This document shows, piece by piece, positions 1 through 8,881 of a stretch of 48,094 nucleotides of DNA. The notes below the pieces were generated by a model. That model searched no databases. It worked only from the letters and a program-made list of their open reading frames with translations, and was not told where the DNA came from. Source of the stretch: Candidatus Desulfobia pelagia (lineage in GTDB: Bacteria > Desulfobacterota > Desulfobulbia > Desulfobulbales > SURF-16); NCBI GenBank assembly GCA_014382295.1, contig JACNJZ010000091.1:5529-53622 (forward strand), in the 5' to 3' direction. Position numbers and translations under genes: made by a program. The stretch's first letter is position 1, and every line of letters starts with the position of its first letter.

Positions 1-17
1 ATGATCTGCGCAGAAAT

Positions 18-653
18 TTGATCAGGCAGATCATCGATGACGTCCGCAGCACCAGCATGTACCTGGACAAAACCGCCCTGGACGAACGAGTCATGATCGC
101 CATGTCCAGCGTGCCACGCCACTCCTTTGTTCCAAAATCATATGTCCAACTTGCCTATGAGAACAGACCGCTGCCTATTGGTGAAGGGCAGACTATTTCC
201 CAGCCGTATATCGTCGCGATCATGACGGACCTGCTTCACATAAAACCTTCAGACAGAGTTCTGGAGGTAGGTACCGGTTCAGGATACCAGGCTGCCGTCC
301 TGGCGGAACTGGCCAGCAAGGTGTACACCATAGAAATCATCCAAACCCTGCAGAAATCTGCAGAAAAACGCCTTAAAAACCTGGGCTATAACAATATTGA
401 AACAAAGCTCGGTGACGGCTATTACGGCTGGGAGAAGCATGCGCCTTTTGATGCAATTATGGTCACCGCTGCGGCAGGGCAGATCCCTCCCCCCCTCATA
501 AAACAGCTGAAACCCGGGGGAAGAATGATAATCCCGGTAGGCGGGGCTTTTATGACGCAATATCTGATACTGGTAGAAAAACGTGTTAACGGCACTATAT
601 CTACCCGCCAGATTCTGCCGGTTCGCTTTGTGCCTCTTACCGGGAAGCACTGA
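18..653 (+). CDS. pcm: protein-L-isoaspartate O-methyltransferase
   Basis: 211-aa ORF with the Pcm hallmarks 'GEGQTISQPYIVAIM' and the SAM-binding 'VLEVGTGSGYQAAVLAEL'. The frame stays open to window position 3, so the true start could lie upstream of the window. Confidence 0.9.
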   Translation: MIRQIIDDVRSTSMYLDKTALDERVMIAMSSVPRHSFVPKSYVQLAYENRPLPIGEGQTISQPYIVAIMTDLLHIKPSDRVLEVGTGSGYQAAVLAELASKVYTIEIIQTLQKSAEKRLKNLGYNNIETKLGDGYYGWEKHAPFDAIMVTAAAGQIPPPLIKQLKPGGRMIIPVGGAFMTQYLILVEKRVNGTISTRQILPVRFVPLTGKH

Positions 654-3118
654 TGCAGCCTCCTTTTTTTTCAATTGCCCTGCTTTCTGCCACAGCACTT
701 TCCTATCAAATCCTGTTAATCCGCCTCTTTTCGATAATCCAGTGGCATCACTTCGCATACATGGTTATCAGTCTTTCCCTGTTGGGCTATGGGGCCAGCG
801 GTATGTTTCTCTGCCTGGCCCGGGACTGGCTGCGTTCCCGCTTTCCAACTTTCTTCATTGCCAATGGCCTGCTTTTTTCCTTCTCCAGCATCCTCTGCTT
901 CCTGATTGGCCAGAAGATCCCCTTTAATCCCCTGGAAATTGCCTGGGGAGGCCACCAGATTATCTATCTCCTTATCCTCTATCTGTTGCTTACTCTTCCA
1001 TTTTTTGCAGTGGCTAACTGCATAGGACTCGCCCTGTCGCATTTCACAAAGGATATCCCGCGCATATACGGCTTCGACCTGCTGGGTGCCGGAGCCGGAG
1101 CCCTCGGCATTATTGTCCTGCTTTTCCTGCTTAATCCAATGACTGCCCTGTACGTTATCGGTTCGCTTGGATTAGTCGCCACCGCCATCGCTTTTCTTGA
1201 ATCCCGCCTCCGCCCCCGTTGGATATCCGCCCTCCTTCTTGTGATTGCCATGGTCCTTCCACCCATACTTCACCAGCAAGATATCCCCTTACAGATCTCA
1301 CCGTATAAAAGCCTCAGCCAGACCCTTACTGTGATGGGAACGGAGGTGGCAGCTGAACGCAGCAGTCCATTGGGCTTACTCACTGTTGTGAAGAGTCCTG
1401 TTATCCCCTTCCGCCATGCTCCCGGCTTGAGCCTCAACACCTCGCTTGAACCGCCGACTCAACTGGGGGTCTTTACCGACGGCGAAGGTATGAGCGTTAT
1501 CACCAGCGATGATGGTCAACCCGACTCCTTTGCCTACACTGATTTTTTCACCTCAGCCCTGCCCTATCATCTTCTCAGCCTGCCACAGGTCCTGATCCTC
1601 GGCGCTGGAGGAGGTACAGATGTCCAGCAGGCCAGATACTTTGGCGCTGAAAGCATTGATGCTGTCGAACTGAACCCGCAAATGGCTGACCTTATCAATA
1701 ACACCTATGCCGACTTTGCCGGGAATCTGTATGCAAAAAAAAATATTCGTGTACATATTGACGAGGCACGAGGGTATGTTGCGGCAAGTAACAAACAATA
1801 CAATTTAATCCAGCTAGCCCTCCTCGATGCATTCAGCGCCTCATCCGCCGGCCTGTACGCACTCTCTGAAAGCTACACTTACACAACCGAAGCACTCATC
1901 GACTACATGACACATCTACGTCCTGGCGGAATGCTGGCTGTCAGCCGCTGGATCAAAGTGCCGCCGCGAGACAGCCTCAAACTCTTTGCTACTGCTGCAG
2001 CGGCCCTGGATGGCATGGGGATAAAGGAACCAGGTCGCCGTCTCATTCTCATTCGAAGTTGGAAGACAAGCACTTTGCTGGTCAAAAACGGTGAATTTGC
2101 AGAACAGGATATTGCGGTAGTTCGTCAATTCTGCGAGGACCGCTCATTCGACCTTGGATACTATCCAGGCATGATTACAGCTGAGGCAAATCGCCATAAC
2201 ATCCTCGACAGGCCCTATTTTCACGAAGGAGCCACTGCATTACTGAACAAGGCAGAAAGAGAATCCTTTTTAAAACGCTATAAATTCAATATTGAGCCTG
2301 CCACCGATGACCGTCCATATTTTTTCCATTTTTTCAAATGGAGTGCCCTTCCCGAACTGGTTTCGCTGCGGGCCAGCGGTGGCTTACCCTTGCTTGAGCA
2401 GGGCTATCTGGTCCTTATCGTCACGGGTGTTCAGGCGGTACTGGCCAGCGTGCTTTTGATCCTGGTTCCCCTCTGGTTCGGATATCTGAGGAAAATGAAG
2501 ATGTCGTCATCTTCCATTCGTCACAATTGTTTATGGGTGGTGGTTTATTTCTTTTCTCTTGGGATTGCTTTTCTGTTTATAGAAATGGCATTTATCCAGA
2601 AATTTATTCTCTTTCTCAGACATCCGCTTTATGCTGTGGGAGTTGTTGTCTCAGGATTTCTTTTATTTGCTGGATTAGGGAGCAGCTACAGCTCCTGCCT
2701 GAAAGAAAATACGGTTTCTCAAAAAAATGCTCTTATTATTGCAGTTGCAGTCATAGCAGGAAGTGCCCTCCTCTATCTTTTTCTGTTACCTGTTCTTTTT
2801 CAGAAGCTGCTCTGGATACCGGGCCCTCTGAAGGTAATTGTCTCCTTCTGCCTCATTGCACCAGTGGCATTCTGTATGGGAATACCCTTCCCCCTGGGAC
2901 TTTCCGGTCTTTCTTCCAGGGCGCCGGAACTGATTCCATGGGCGTGGGGAATCAACGGCTGCGCTTCTGTAATGAGTGCGGTGATGGCGACACTGCTTGC
3001 CACCCATATTGGATTCAGAGGAGTAATTGTTACCGCAGTCTGCCTCTATGTTCTCGCAGCACTCGCGTACCCGCATCCACAAAAATCATGTCATGCACCA
3101 GGAGTTCATTATGAATAA
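653..3118 (+). CDS. polytopic membrane protein with a central spermidine-synthase-like (class I SAM-MTase fold) domain
   Basis: 821-aa ORF with many hydrophobic helices at both ends. The central soluble part carries 'VLILGAGGGTDVQQARYFGAESIDAVELNPQM' and 'LIQLALLDAFS', typical of the PABS/SpeE-like fold. The start overlaps the pcm stop (TGATG). Confidence 0.7.
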   Translation: MQPPFFSIALLSATALSYQILLIRLFSIIQWHHFAYMVISLSLLGYGASGMFLCLARDWLRSRFPTFFIANGLLFSFSSILCFLIGQKIPFNPLEIAWGGHQIIYLLILYLLLTLPFFAVANCIGLALSHFTKDIPRIYGFDLLGAGAGALGIIVLLFLLNPMTALYVIGSLGLVATAIAFLESRLRPRWISALLLVIAMVLPPILHQQDIPLQISPYKSLSQTLTVMGTEVAAERSSPLGLLTVVKSPVIPFRHAPGLSLNTSLEPPTQLGVFTDGEGMSVITSDDGQPDSFAYTDFFTSALPYHLLSLPQVLILGAGGGTDVQQARYFGAESIDAVELNPQMADLINNTYADFAGNLYAKKNIRVHIDEARGYVAASNKQYNLIQLALLDAFSASSAGLYALSESYTYTTEALIDYMTHLRPGGMLAVSRWIKVPPRDSLKLFATAAAALDGMGIKEPGRRLILIRSWKTSTLLVKNGEFAEQDIAVVRQFCEDRSFDLGYYPGMITAEANRHNILDRPYFHEGATALLNKAERESFLKRYKFNIEPATDDRPYFFHFFKWSALPELVSLRASGGLPLLEQGYLVLIVTGVQAVLASVLLILVPLWFGYLRKMKMSSSSIRHNCLWVVVYFFSLGIAFLFIEMAFIQKFILFLRHPLYAVGVVVSGFLLFAGLGSSYSSCLKENTVSQKNALIIAVAVIAGSALLYLFLLPVLFQKLLWIPGPLKVIVSFCLIAPVAFCMGIPFPLGLSGLSSRAPELIPWAWGINGCASVMSAVMATLLATHIGFRGVIVTAVCLYVLAALAYPHPQKSCHAPGVHYE

Positions 3119-4640
3119 GAATGTGACACAGTTACCGGTTATCAAAAACTGTGCGTATTGTCTCAGTCATGTTCCGGACCTCGTGCAATATGGCTCCAAA
3201 CCATACCGTGAGATAGCTCATAATGCAGCCATGGAACCAGAGCTCAAGATGTTTCTTCGATCCTTTGAAAAAGCGGTCTGCTATCCGCCGAACCAAACCT
3301 TTATTGGCAACGTTTCTCCTGATGATCTTGCCACAACACCCAGGCCGTGGTTTGAAAAATCAGGACATCCAGAACAGGCTCAAGTTATAAAAAATGGAAA
3401 ATTCGGCGAAATTCTGGACCAGAAAACCTTTTTGGCCATACTGAAATGTGCTGACGCACTAAGCCCACCGCTCTTTGCAACATATGAGACTGCTCTGGAT
3501 AATCTGCATAAGCGTCTTGTCGCCCACCCCCTCTTACATGATCTTGCCGACAAACTGACAGAACTTCCTGCTGGTTTGACGGGACCGCCAGCAGGAAAAT
3601 TTTCTCCTCAGAGCCTGCCGCTGCGGGTCGGCGAAGATGTTTATGGTACTTTTTCAGGCGATCTTCGCTCTGAAGGTCGGAATGATGAGAATCTGACAGC
3701 CCGCAATCTGCTGGAAAACTTATGCACCAAAGCCTCAGGGGCCTTGGCTCTCAAATGGCTTTTGCATCGAGAAGGTATCGGCGCTGACCACATTGATTTT
3801 ATAATAAGTTGCGGTGAAGAGGCTTGCGGAGACCGCTATCAGCGGGGAGGTGGCGGTATGGCAAAGGCCATAGGTGAGATGTGCGGTTGTATCAACGCCT
3901 CAGGCATGGATATAAAGAATTTCTGCGCAGCACCTGCGTCGGCCCTGGTTACAGCCTCTGCTCTTGTTCACAGCGGAGTATTCAATCAAGTCATCGTTGT
4001 CGGCGGAGGCTCTCTTGCCAAGCTCGGCATGAAATTCCAGGCTTTCTTGCAGCATGGTATCCCGATACTGGACGATTGTCTGGCATCCATTGCTTTTTTG
4101 GTAACAAAAAACGATGGAATAAGCCCAATCATGCACTTGAAGAACGGTGCCATTGGCAAGGTCCCGATAGGTGCCAATACATCCGACGAGTCGGTGTTCC
4201 GCCATTATCTCCTCAAACCCCTTGAGAGTCTCGGTCTGCAATGCACTGATGTCGACAGATATGCCCTTGAACTCCAAAACCCAGAAATTATGGAATTTGC
4301 CGGCTCCGGAGATGTTGCCAAAAAAAATTACCGCAAGATAGCCGCCATGGCTGTCATGGCAAAACAACTCGACAAAAAGGATATGAACAGCTGGATTGAC
4401 CAGGTGGGTATGCCCGGCTTTGCACCAACCCAGGGCCATATCCCCTCTGCCGTCCCATATATTGGCCATGCCATGGAGGATATGCTGCAGGGAAAGATAA
4501 AACGGGCCATGTTTCTTTCCAGGGCAAGTCTTTTTTTGAATCGTTGTACCAACCTGCTGGATGGGGTCTCCTTTATTCTGGAGCGAAACCCCAACCTCAA
4601 AGATGGTATAAGAACAGATAAGGAGAAATTACCATGCTAA
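3111..4640 (+). CDS. grdC: glycine/sarcosine/betaine reductase complex component C, beta subunit (thiolase-like)
   Basis: The ORF track gives 3027..4640. I prefer the ATG at 3111, which is preceded by CAGGAG 6 nt upstream and gives 'MNKNVTQLPVIKN...'. GrdC-like motifs include 'RSFEKAVCYPPNQTFIGN', 'CGEEACGDRYQRGGGGMAKAIGE', 'NFCAAPASALVTASALV' and 'APTQGHIPSAVPYIGHA'. The stop overlaps the grdA start (ATGCTAA). Confidence 0.8.
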   Translation: MNKNVTQLPVIKNCAYCLSHVPDLVQYGSKPYREIAHNAAMEPELKMFLRSFEKAVCYPPNQTFIGNVSPDDLATTPRPWFEKSGHPEQAQVIKNGKFGEILDQKTFLAILKCADALSPPLFATYETALDNLHKRLVAHPLLHDLADKLTELPAGLTGPPAGKFSPQSLPLRVGEDVYGTFSGDLRSEGRNDENLTARNLLENLCTKASGALALKWLLHREGIGADHIDFIISCGEEACGDRYQRGGGGMAKAIGEMCGCINASGMDIKNFCAAPASALVTASALVHSGVFNQVIVVGGGSLAKLGMKFQAFLQHGIPILDDCLASIAFLVTKNDGISPIMHLKNGAIGKVPIGANTSDESVFRHYLLKPLESLGLQCTDVDRYALELQNPEIMEFAGSGDVAKKNYRKIAAMAVMAKQLDKKDMNSWIDQVGMPGFAPTQGHIPSAVPYIGHAMEDMLQGKIKRAMFLSRASLFLNRCTNLLDGVSFILERNPNLKDGIRTDKEKLPC

Positions 4641-5089
4641 AAGCAAAAAAGGTTATCGTGTTTGGGGAACGGGATGATATTTCCGGAAAAACAATTGGAA
4701 CATGCCTGCAGGCTGCCGGCGCGGAGATAATCTACGAATCAACAGCCTGTTTTGTCTGAACCGCAGCAGGAGCCGTAGGTCTTGCGGTCCAGGAAGAGGT
4801 GAAAAAGCTTGCTGAAAAACATGGGACAGAAAACCTTATAGTTGTCCTTGGAATTAATCAGCTGTCGACTATACAGATTATGACCCGAACCTTCAAAAGC
4901 GGCGATCCAAGTTACGCCGGACCTCTCGCTGGCGTTTCCCTTGGATTGGACAGCTATCATATTTTAGAGCTCAAGGATCATATCCCGGCAGATGTATGGG
5001 AACAGGAAATGGGAATGTATGAACTCGAGATAGAAGAAGAGGCGCAGGAAAACATTCTGAAAATCATGAAAGAAGCACGCCAGTATTAA
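4634..5089 (+). CDS. grdA: glycine reductase selenoprotein A, with the in-frame UGA at 4757..4759 read as selenocysteine
   Basis: The ATG at 4634 follows AAGGAG at 4620-4625. Translation gives MLKAKKVIVFGERDDISGKTIGTCLQAAGAEIIYESTACFV-[TGA]-TAAGAVGLAVQEEVKKLAEKHGTENLIVVLG...GDPSYAGPLAGVSLGL. This matches the GrdA signature 'CFVUTAAGA' and 'GDPxxAGPLAGVxLGL'. The track ORF 4799..5089 is the same frame (offset 165 nt) and is only the C-terminal two thirds. Total length is 151 aa. Confidence 0.9.
4760..4788 (+). promoter_or_regulatory. SECIS-like stem-loop immediately 3' of the grdA UGA
   Basis: In ACCGCAGCAGGAGCCGTAGGTCTTGCGGT, the outer 6 bp ACCGCA/TGCGGT are perfectly complementary. Inner A-U, G-C and G-U pairs are possible around a purine-rich apical loop. 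The structure starts at the nucleotide after the TGA. Confidence 0.55.
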
Positions 5090-5118
5090 ATTTTTCTATA
5101 CATAAAACTCGTTACTGT

Positions 5119-6447
5119 TCAGAAAATGGTCTGTTGATTAACAGGGGTAGCAAGAGCCTTCAAGGCTTTTTTGACAAGCTCTTTTCGTACTGTTTTTTCT
5201 TCCTCCAGCCTCAAAGCAGGGTCGCCAAAGGGATGAGGAATGGCAATAGTCGGGACGATACGATTGGCGCCAACCGTCTTGGAGATGGGGATAATCGAGC
5301 AGCAGTGAACAACGGGTATCCCGGCCCGTTCAATTTCTTTAACCATCGTTGCTCCGCAACGAGTACAGGTCCCTCAGGTCGAGGTAAGGATGACGGCCTG
5401 CACCCCGTCTGCGACCAGTATTTTGGCGATGCTTTCACCAAATTTCCTGGCATTGGCCACAGAGGTGGCATTTCCTACCGTGGCATAATAATATTCATGG
5501 AGTGTGCCGATGAATCCCTCCGCTGCCAATTCACACACTGCATCAAGAGGAAGAACCCGATTGGGATTTTCGTTGGCAAATGTCGGATCATAGCCGCCAT
5601 GGGCCGTCTGGTAAGACTCCGGAGTAAATGCAGATATCCCTTCAATGGAATACGTCCCGAAACACTGAGCATTGGCGGCAGATATTCTGTCCGGATTTCC
5701 TTTTGGAACAATTCCCCCTGATGTCACCAGAGCGAGCCTTGCCGTACTCATATCTTTTATTGCCGGAGCCGGTTTTACTCTATCAAAGGTCGGCATGGGA
5801 TATTCTGTGGTAAACGATTCCCCTTTCAGTTTCTTCAAAAGCATATCAATTGCCCGTGTCGCCCCTGACTGGGTATGAAAATAGTTCTGTCGAAATCCTC
5901 GGGGTATATACTCATCTTTTTCCGGCCAAATGGCCTCTCCCTCAAGTAATTTTAAACCAAGGACTCCAAGCTTCCGCACCGACTCTTCCATTGCCATGAC
6001 ATCTTCGCCGGCCTTGGCAATATAGATGTCTTTCCTGTATTCATTAACAGCAGGATTTTGAGGAAACATGGACGCAACTGCAGGGATTTCATAACGGGCT
6101 GCGACAGCCTTACAGAGAGCGCCGCACGCCAGCCCATAACGACCGGCGTTAAAAGCCGGACCAGCTAACAACATCACTGGCTTTTCAGCTTTTGCCGATT
6201 CAAAAAACGGCCTGAGCATATCAAGAACTTCCCGTACAGCCCTGTCAGTGTTTTCAGCCACATAATTGTCGCCAAAAGCAATGGTTGCAGTCACCTCTAT
6301 ATCAGGGAAAAATTTCTGCAGGATATTGCCGGGGCCTCTGGGGCCTTCAAGCAGGCAGGGTTTCAGAGAAGCCTTGTCCTCTCCACCTATCCCTCCAAAA
6401 AACTGATTCAGACAATGAATGATTCTGTATGGAAGTGCCATATTCAT
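5119..6447 (-). CDS. grdB: glycine/sarcosine/betaine reductase selenoprotein B, with the in-frame UGA at 5374..5376 read as selenocysteine
   Basis: Track ORFs 5374..6447 (357 aa, ending '...GVQAVILTST') and 5119..5346 ('MVKEIERAGIPVV...') are in the same frame. They are joined by TGA plus 9 codons 'GTCTRCGAT'. This gives 'ILTST-U-GTCTRCGATMVKEIERAGIPVV', the conserved Sec motif of GrdB. Total length is 442 aa. The start overlaps the grdE stop (ATGA). Confidence 0.9.
5346..5362 (-). promoter_or_regulatory. SECIS-like hairpin 11 nt 3' of the grdB UGA
   Basis: The minus strand reads TGA-gggacctgtac-TCGTTGC-GGA-GCAACGA. This is a 7-bp perfect stem beginning 11 nt after the UGA. Confidence 0.45.
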
Positions 6448-7688
6448 ATCTCCCGACAGCTGAGTCTCTGCGAACCAAGTTCGTTGGTAGATCCTATTAT
6501 CCCCTGGAGTTCAATCTCTAGGCTTCTGTCATCATGCACACTTTGCGGGTAGGCACCCGCAAGATGGCTCAGATCTTTTATGGGGCCGAGCAAACGGTCC
6601 ATCGGCGGCAGAATTATCAGGCCATTGGCGTTTCCTACAGAGATTATGGCATCGGCCTCAGAGGTTACATCTGCCAGTGACTGAGAGCCCCCATCAACTC
6701 CGGCATATTCATCGGTAATGGAGGTGGTTTTAACCCCGGCCTCTTCCAGGCCGCGTATCAACATCATCTGATCGGCGTCCGGATTACCAAACCCCTCTTT
6801 GGAAATGACGGCTCCCTCCGCGCCCATGCTTTTAACCAGTTCTATTGTCTTGGCGGAGGAGTCCTGTTTGGCTGCCAGCCTGACTGGCTCATTGGTAAGG
6901 ACGACGCCGACAAAATTCAGTTCTTTACCGTGTCTCTGATACATTTCCCGCAGCAGCGGATTATTCTGGTGGTGCCAGGTCGTATTTTTATCACAGGCGG
7001 AGACGCAGTTGCCTGAGGTGATTGATACATCCATCAGGACATGAGGAGAAATGATGCGGGGCATACCTGCCTTGGCATCCTGACCAAACACATACGTATC
7101 ATGTAAAAGGCCCTGACTCAGAAGCATATATACGTAGGCAACTTTTGGCAAATCCGGAGAGACTGGCAAAACATCTGGAGAGTCAAAGGTTTCAAGCAGG
7201 TCAGGTTCACTCGTTCGAATAGCCTCTCCAAGGAAATTTGCGGCAGCAAGTCCAGCAAGTCGAACAACCTCCTCATGCTGATGGGGCTCAAGACCAGGAA
7301 CCACCTCAATATCCAAAACCACATTAAAAGTCTGTGAAAAAGGCGAATAGGCCGCCCCCGGTCCGCTCATGTCGATGATACCTTCCTGGTATCCAACAAT
7401 TTTGCCGCAGGTTACGACCGCTACATTTTTCACAACATGATTTACACCTTCACCAGGAGCATCCCCCTTCACCTTGCACCAGGGTGCTATTACATCTTTA
7501 ACGCAGATTATCCGGGTTGACTCTTCCGGCTTGGCCAGGGCGATATCCAGAGCACGTATCCTGTTATCCTTTCCCAAGAGGAAATTACGCAAATCCTCTT
7601 TATTCACAACAAGGATTTTATCCCGCAGTAAGGATTTATGCCCGAATTCTATATCCTCAATCCAAATACTTCCTATTGTCAGGGCCAT
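6444..7688 (-). CDS. grdE: glycine reductase component B proprotein (alpha/beta subunits, pyruvoyl-forming)
   Basis: 414-aa ORF directly upstream of, and overlapping, grdB. GrdE-like segments are recognised: 'VVTCGKIVGYQEGIIDMSGPGA', 'LPKVAYVYMLLSQGLLHDTY', 'ITSGNCVSACDKNTTWHH' (the region of the self-cleaving Cys) and 'GVVLTNEP'. Confidence 0.8.
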   Translation of the reverse strand: MALTIGSIWIEDIEFGHKSLLRDKILVVNKEDLRNFLLGKDNRIRALDIALAKPEESTRIICVKDVIAPWCKVKGDAPGEGVNHVVKNVAVVTCGKIVGYQEGIIDMSGPGAAYSPFSQTFNVVLDIEVVPGLEPHQHEEVVRLAGLAAANFLGEAIRTSEPDLLETFDSPDVLPVSPDLPKVAYVYMLLSQGLLHDTYVFGQDAKAGMPRIISPHVLMDVSITSGNCVSACDKNTTWHHQNNPLLREMYQRHGKELNFVGVVLTNEPVRLAAKQDSSAKTIELVKSMGAEGAVISKEGFGNPDADQMMLIRGLEEAGVKTTSITDEYAGVDGGSQSLADVTSEADAIISVGNANGLIILPPMDRLLGPIKDLSHLAGAYPQSVHDDRSLEIELQGIIGSTNELGSQRLSCREI

Positions 7689-7940
7689 ATTCCACTCCGT
7701 TGCCTTTAGATCAATACAGCAGTGATACTTACTAGATATTCAAAGAGACTACGATATGGCTAATTGCAGCAGATCGGTAATTGAAACAAGTCCAATGCAT
7801 GTGCTATCCTCATCTGACACGATAATTTTCATTTCATCATTAAGTCCCATATTGTTACCCCCCTGTCATAATGAATTGTGATAAGTACCCTGGTTCACTT
7901 CACCTCTTCTTTAACTCAGTAATAGCTACGGCAGAAAGAC

Positions 7941-7978
7941 AAATACCAACAGAAGACAGTGTTCTTCTGCTGGTATTT
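7941..7978 (-). terminator. long hairpin, possible intrinsic terminator downstream of the VOC gene
   Basis: The minus strand reads AAATACCAGCAGAAGA-ACACTG-TCTTCTGTTGGTATTT. This is a 16-bp stem with one G-U on the minus-strand RNA (an A-C mismatch on the plus strand), followed by GTCTTTCT. Confidence 0.35.
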
Positions 7979-8241
7979 AGTGACAGCTTCGTGACAACCT
8001 TATTTTTCATTGTTTTTCCTAAATGAAGGTTGGAAACAGTATGTTGCGGAATGTATTTAAAATGTAATGTTGATTGACTGAAGTGTCAAAAAAACTTCCT
8101 CAATTCCCCACCTTTTTTTAAGGGGTTCCGTGAGAAAAGGTGCACTTTGGGTTTGAGACAAATACAGTCGGAAGGTTAGGCTTGGGAATAAACGAGATAT
8201 TCGCACATTTGACATGGCAATCATAACGTCAAGCGAGGAGC

Positions 8242-8649
8242 TCATAGAAATGGATTGTGCGCTATCTCCCAATAGAAGCCATCGGGATCCCTGAAGTAGC
8301 CTGAATATCCTCCCCAGAATACTTTTTGCCCTGGTTTGACGAGTTCGGCACCGGCAGCAACCGCTTCTTCCAATGTCTGATCTACCTCTGAGAGAGAAGC
8401 AACATTATGAGCCAGAGTAAACCCTTGAAACCCAGCACCTTCAGCTGAGATTGAGATGTCCTCTGCCAGCTTGTCTCTGGGGTAGAGTGAGAGCATTGTT
8501 CCGGTCATTTTAAAAAAAGCTATGCCTTCAGGGCCTTCCTTGCGAGGCAGGTTTAACCCATTTTCGTAAAAATTGATTGAGCGCTGAAGATCTTTAACAC
8601 CAAGTGTAATAATAGTGATATGTGGTTTCATTTCGAATGACTCACTCAT
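8242..8649 (-). CDS. VOC-family (glyoxalase/bleomycin-resistance fold) protein
   Basis: 135-aa ORF with 'ITIITLGVKDLQRSINFYENGLNL' and a C-terminal 'GGYSGYFRDPDGFYWEIAHNP', typical of VOC beta-alpha-beta-beta-beta modules. Confidence 0.85.
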   Translation of the reverse strand: MSESFEMKPHITIITLGVKDLQRSINFYENGLNLPRKEGPEGIAFFKMTGTMLSLYPRDKLAEDISISAEGAGFQGFTLAHNVASLSEVDQTLEEAVAAGAELVKPGQKVFWGGYSGYFRDPDGFYWEIAHNPFL

Positions 8650-8881
8650 TCCATTTGTTGAGTTAGATGGATATTAAAAATAACAACTATTGAAGACTTG
8701 TCGATGCCACACCGTAGCCCTTGATTGCAGATTATTCATGCTTAATTTTTGATTTAGAAATTCCAAAAGGTAAAAAAATTGACTTTTGCATGTATAAATA
8801 AAAAATTAGTGGGTTGTTAATGATAGCTGCTTAGCCGTAGACGATTTGTACACTTAATAAACTTTATCTGAAGAGGTGGTT

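Noticed and set aside
3027-3110. N-terminal extension of grdC from the ORF track
   Set aside because: It overlaps the end of the membrane-protein gene by 92 nt. The internal ATG at 3111 has an SD and gives a GrdC-like N-terminus.
4799-5089. 96-aa ORF as an independent gene
   Set aside because: It is the C-terminal part of grdA. The frame is continuous with 4634-4756 across a Sec-position TGA.
5119-5346. 75-aa minus-strand ORF as an independent gene
   Set aside because: It is the C-terminal part of grdB, in the same frame 9 codons after the Sec-position TGA.
5134-5721. 195-aa plus-strand ORF
   Set aside because: It is antisense to grdB. The composition is Gly/Arg-rich and low-complexity, and no motif is present.
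7689-8241. Glycine riboswitch upstream of grdE
   Set aside because: I looked on the minus strand for the conserved GGAGAG...ACCGAAGGGGCAA-type cores and found nothing resembling them.
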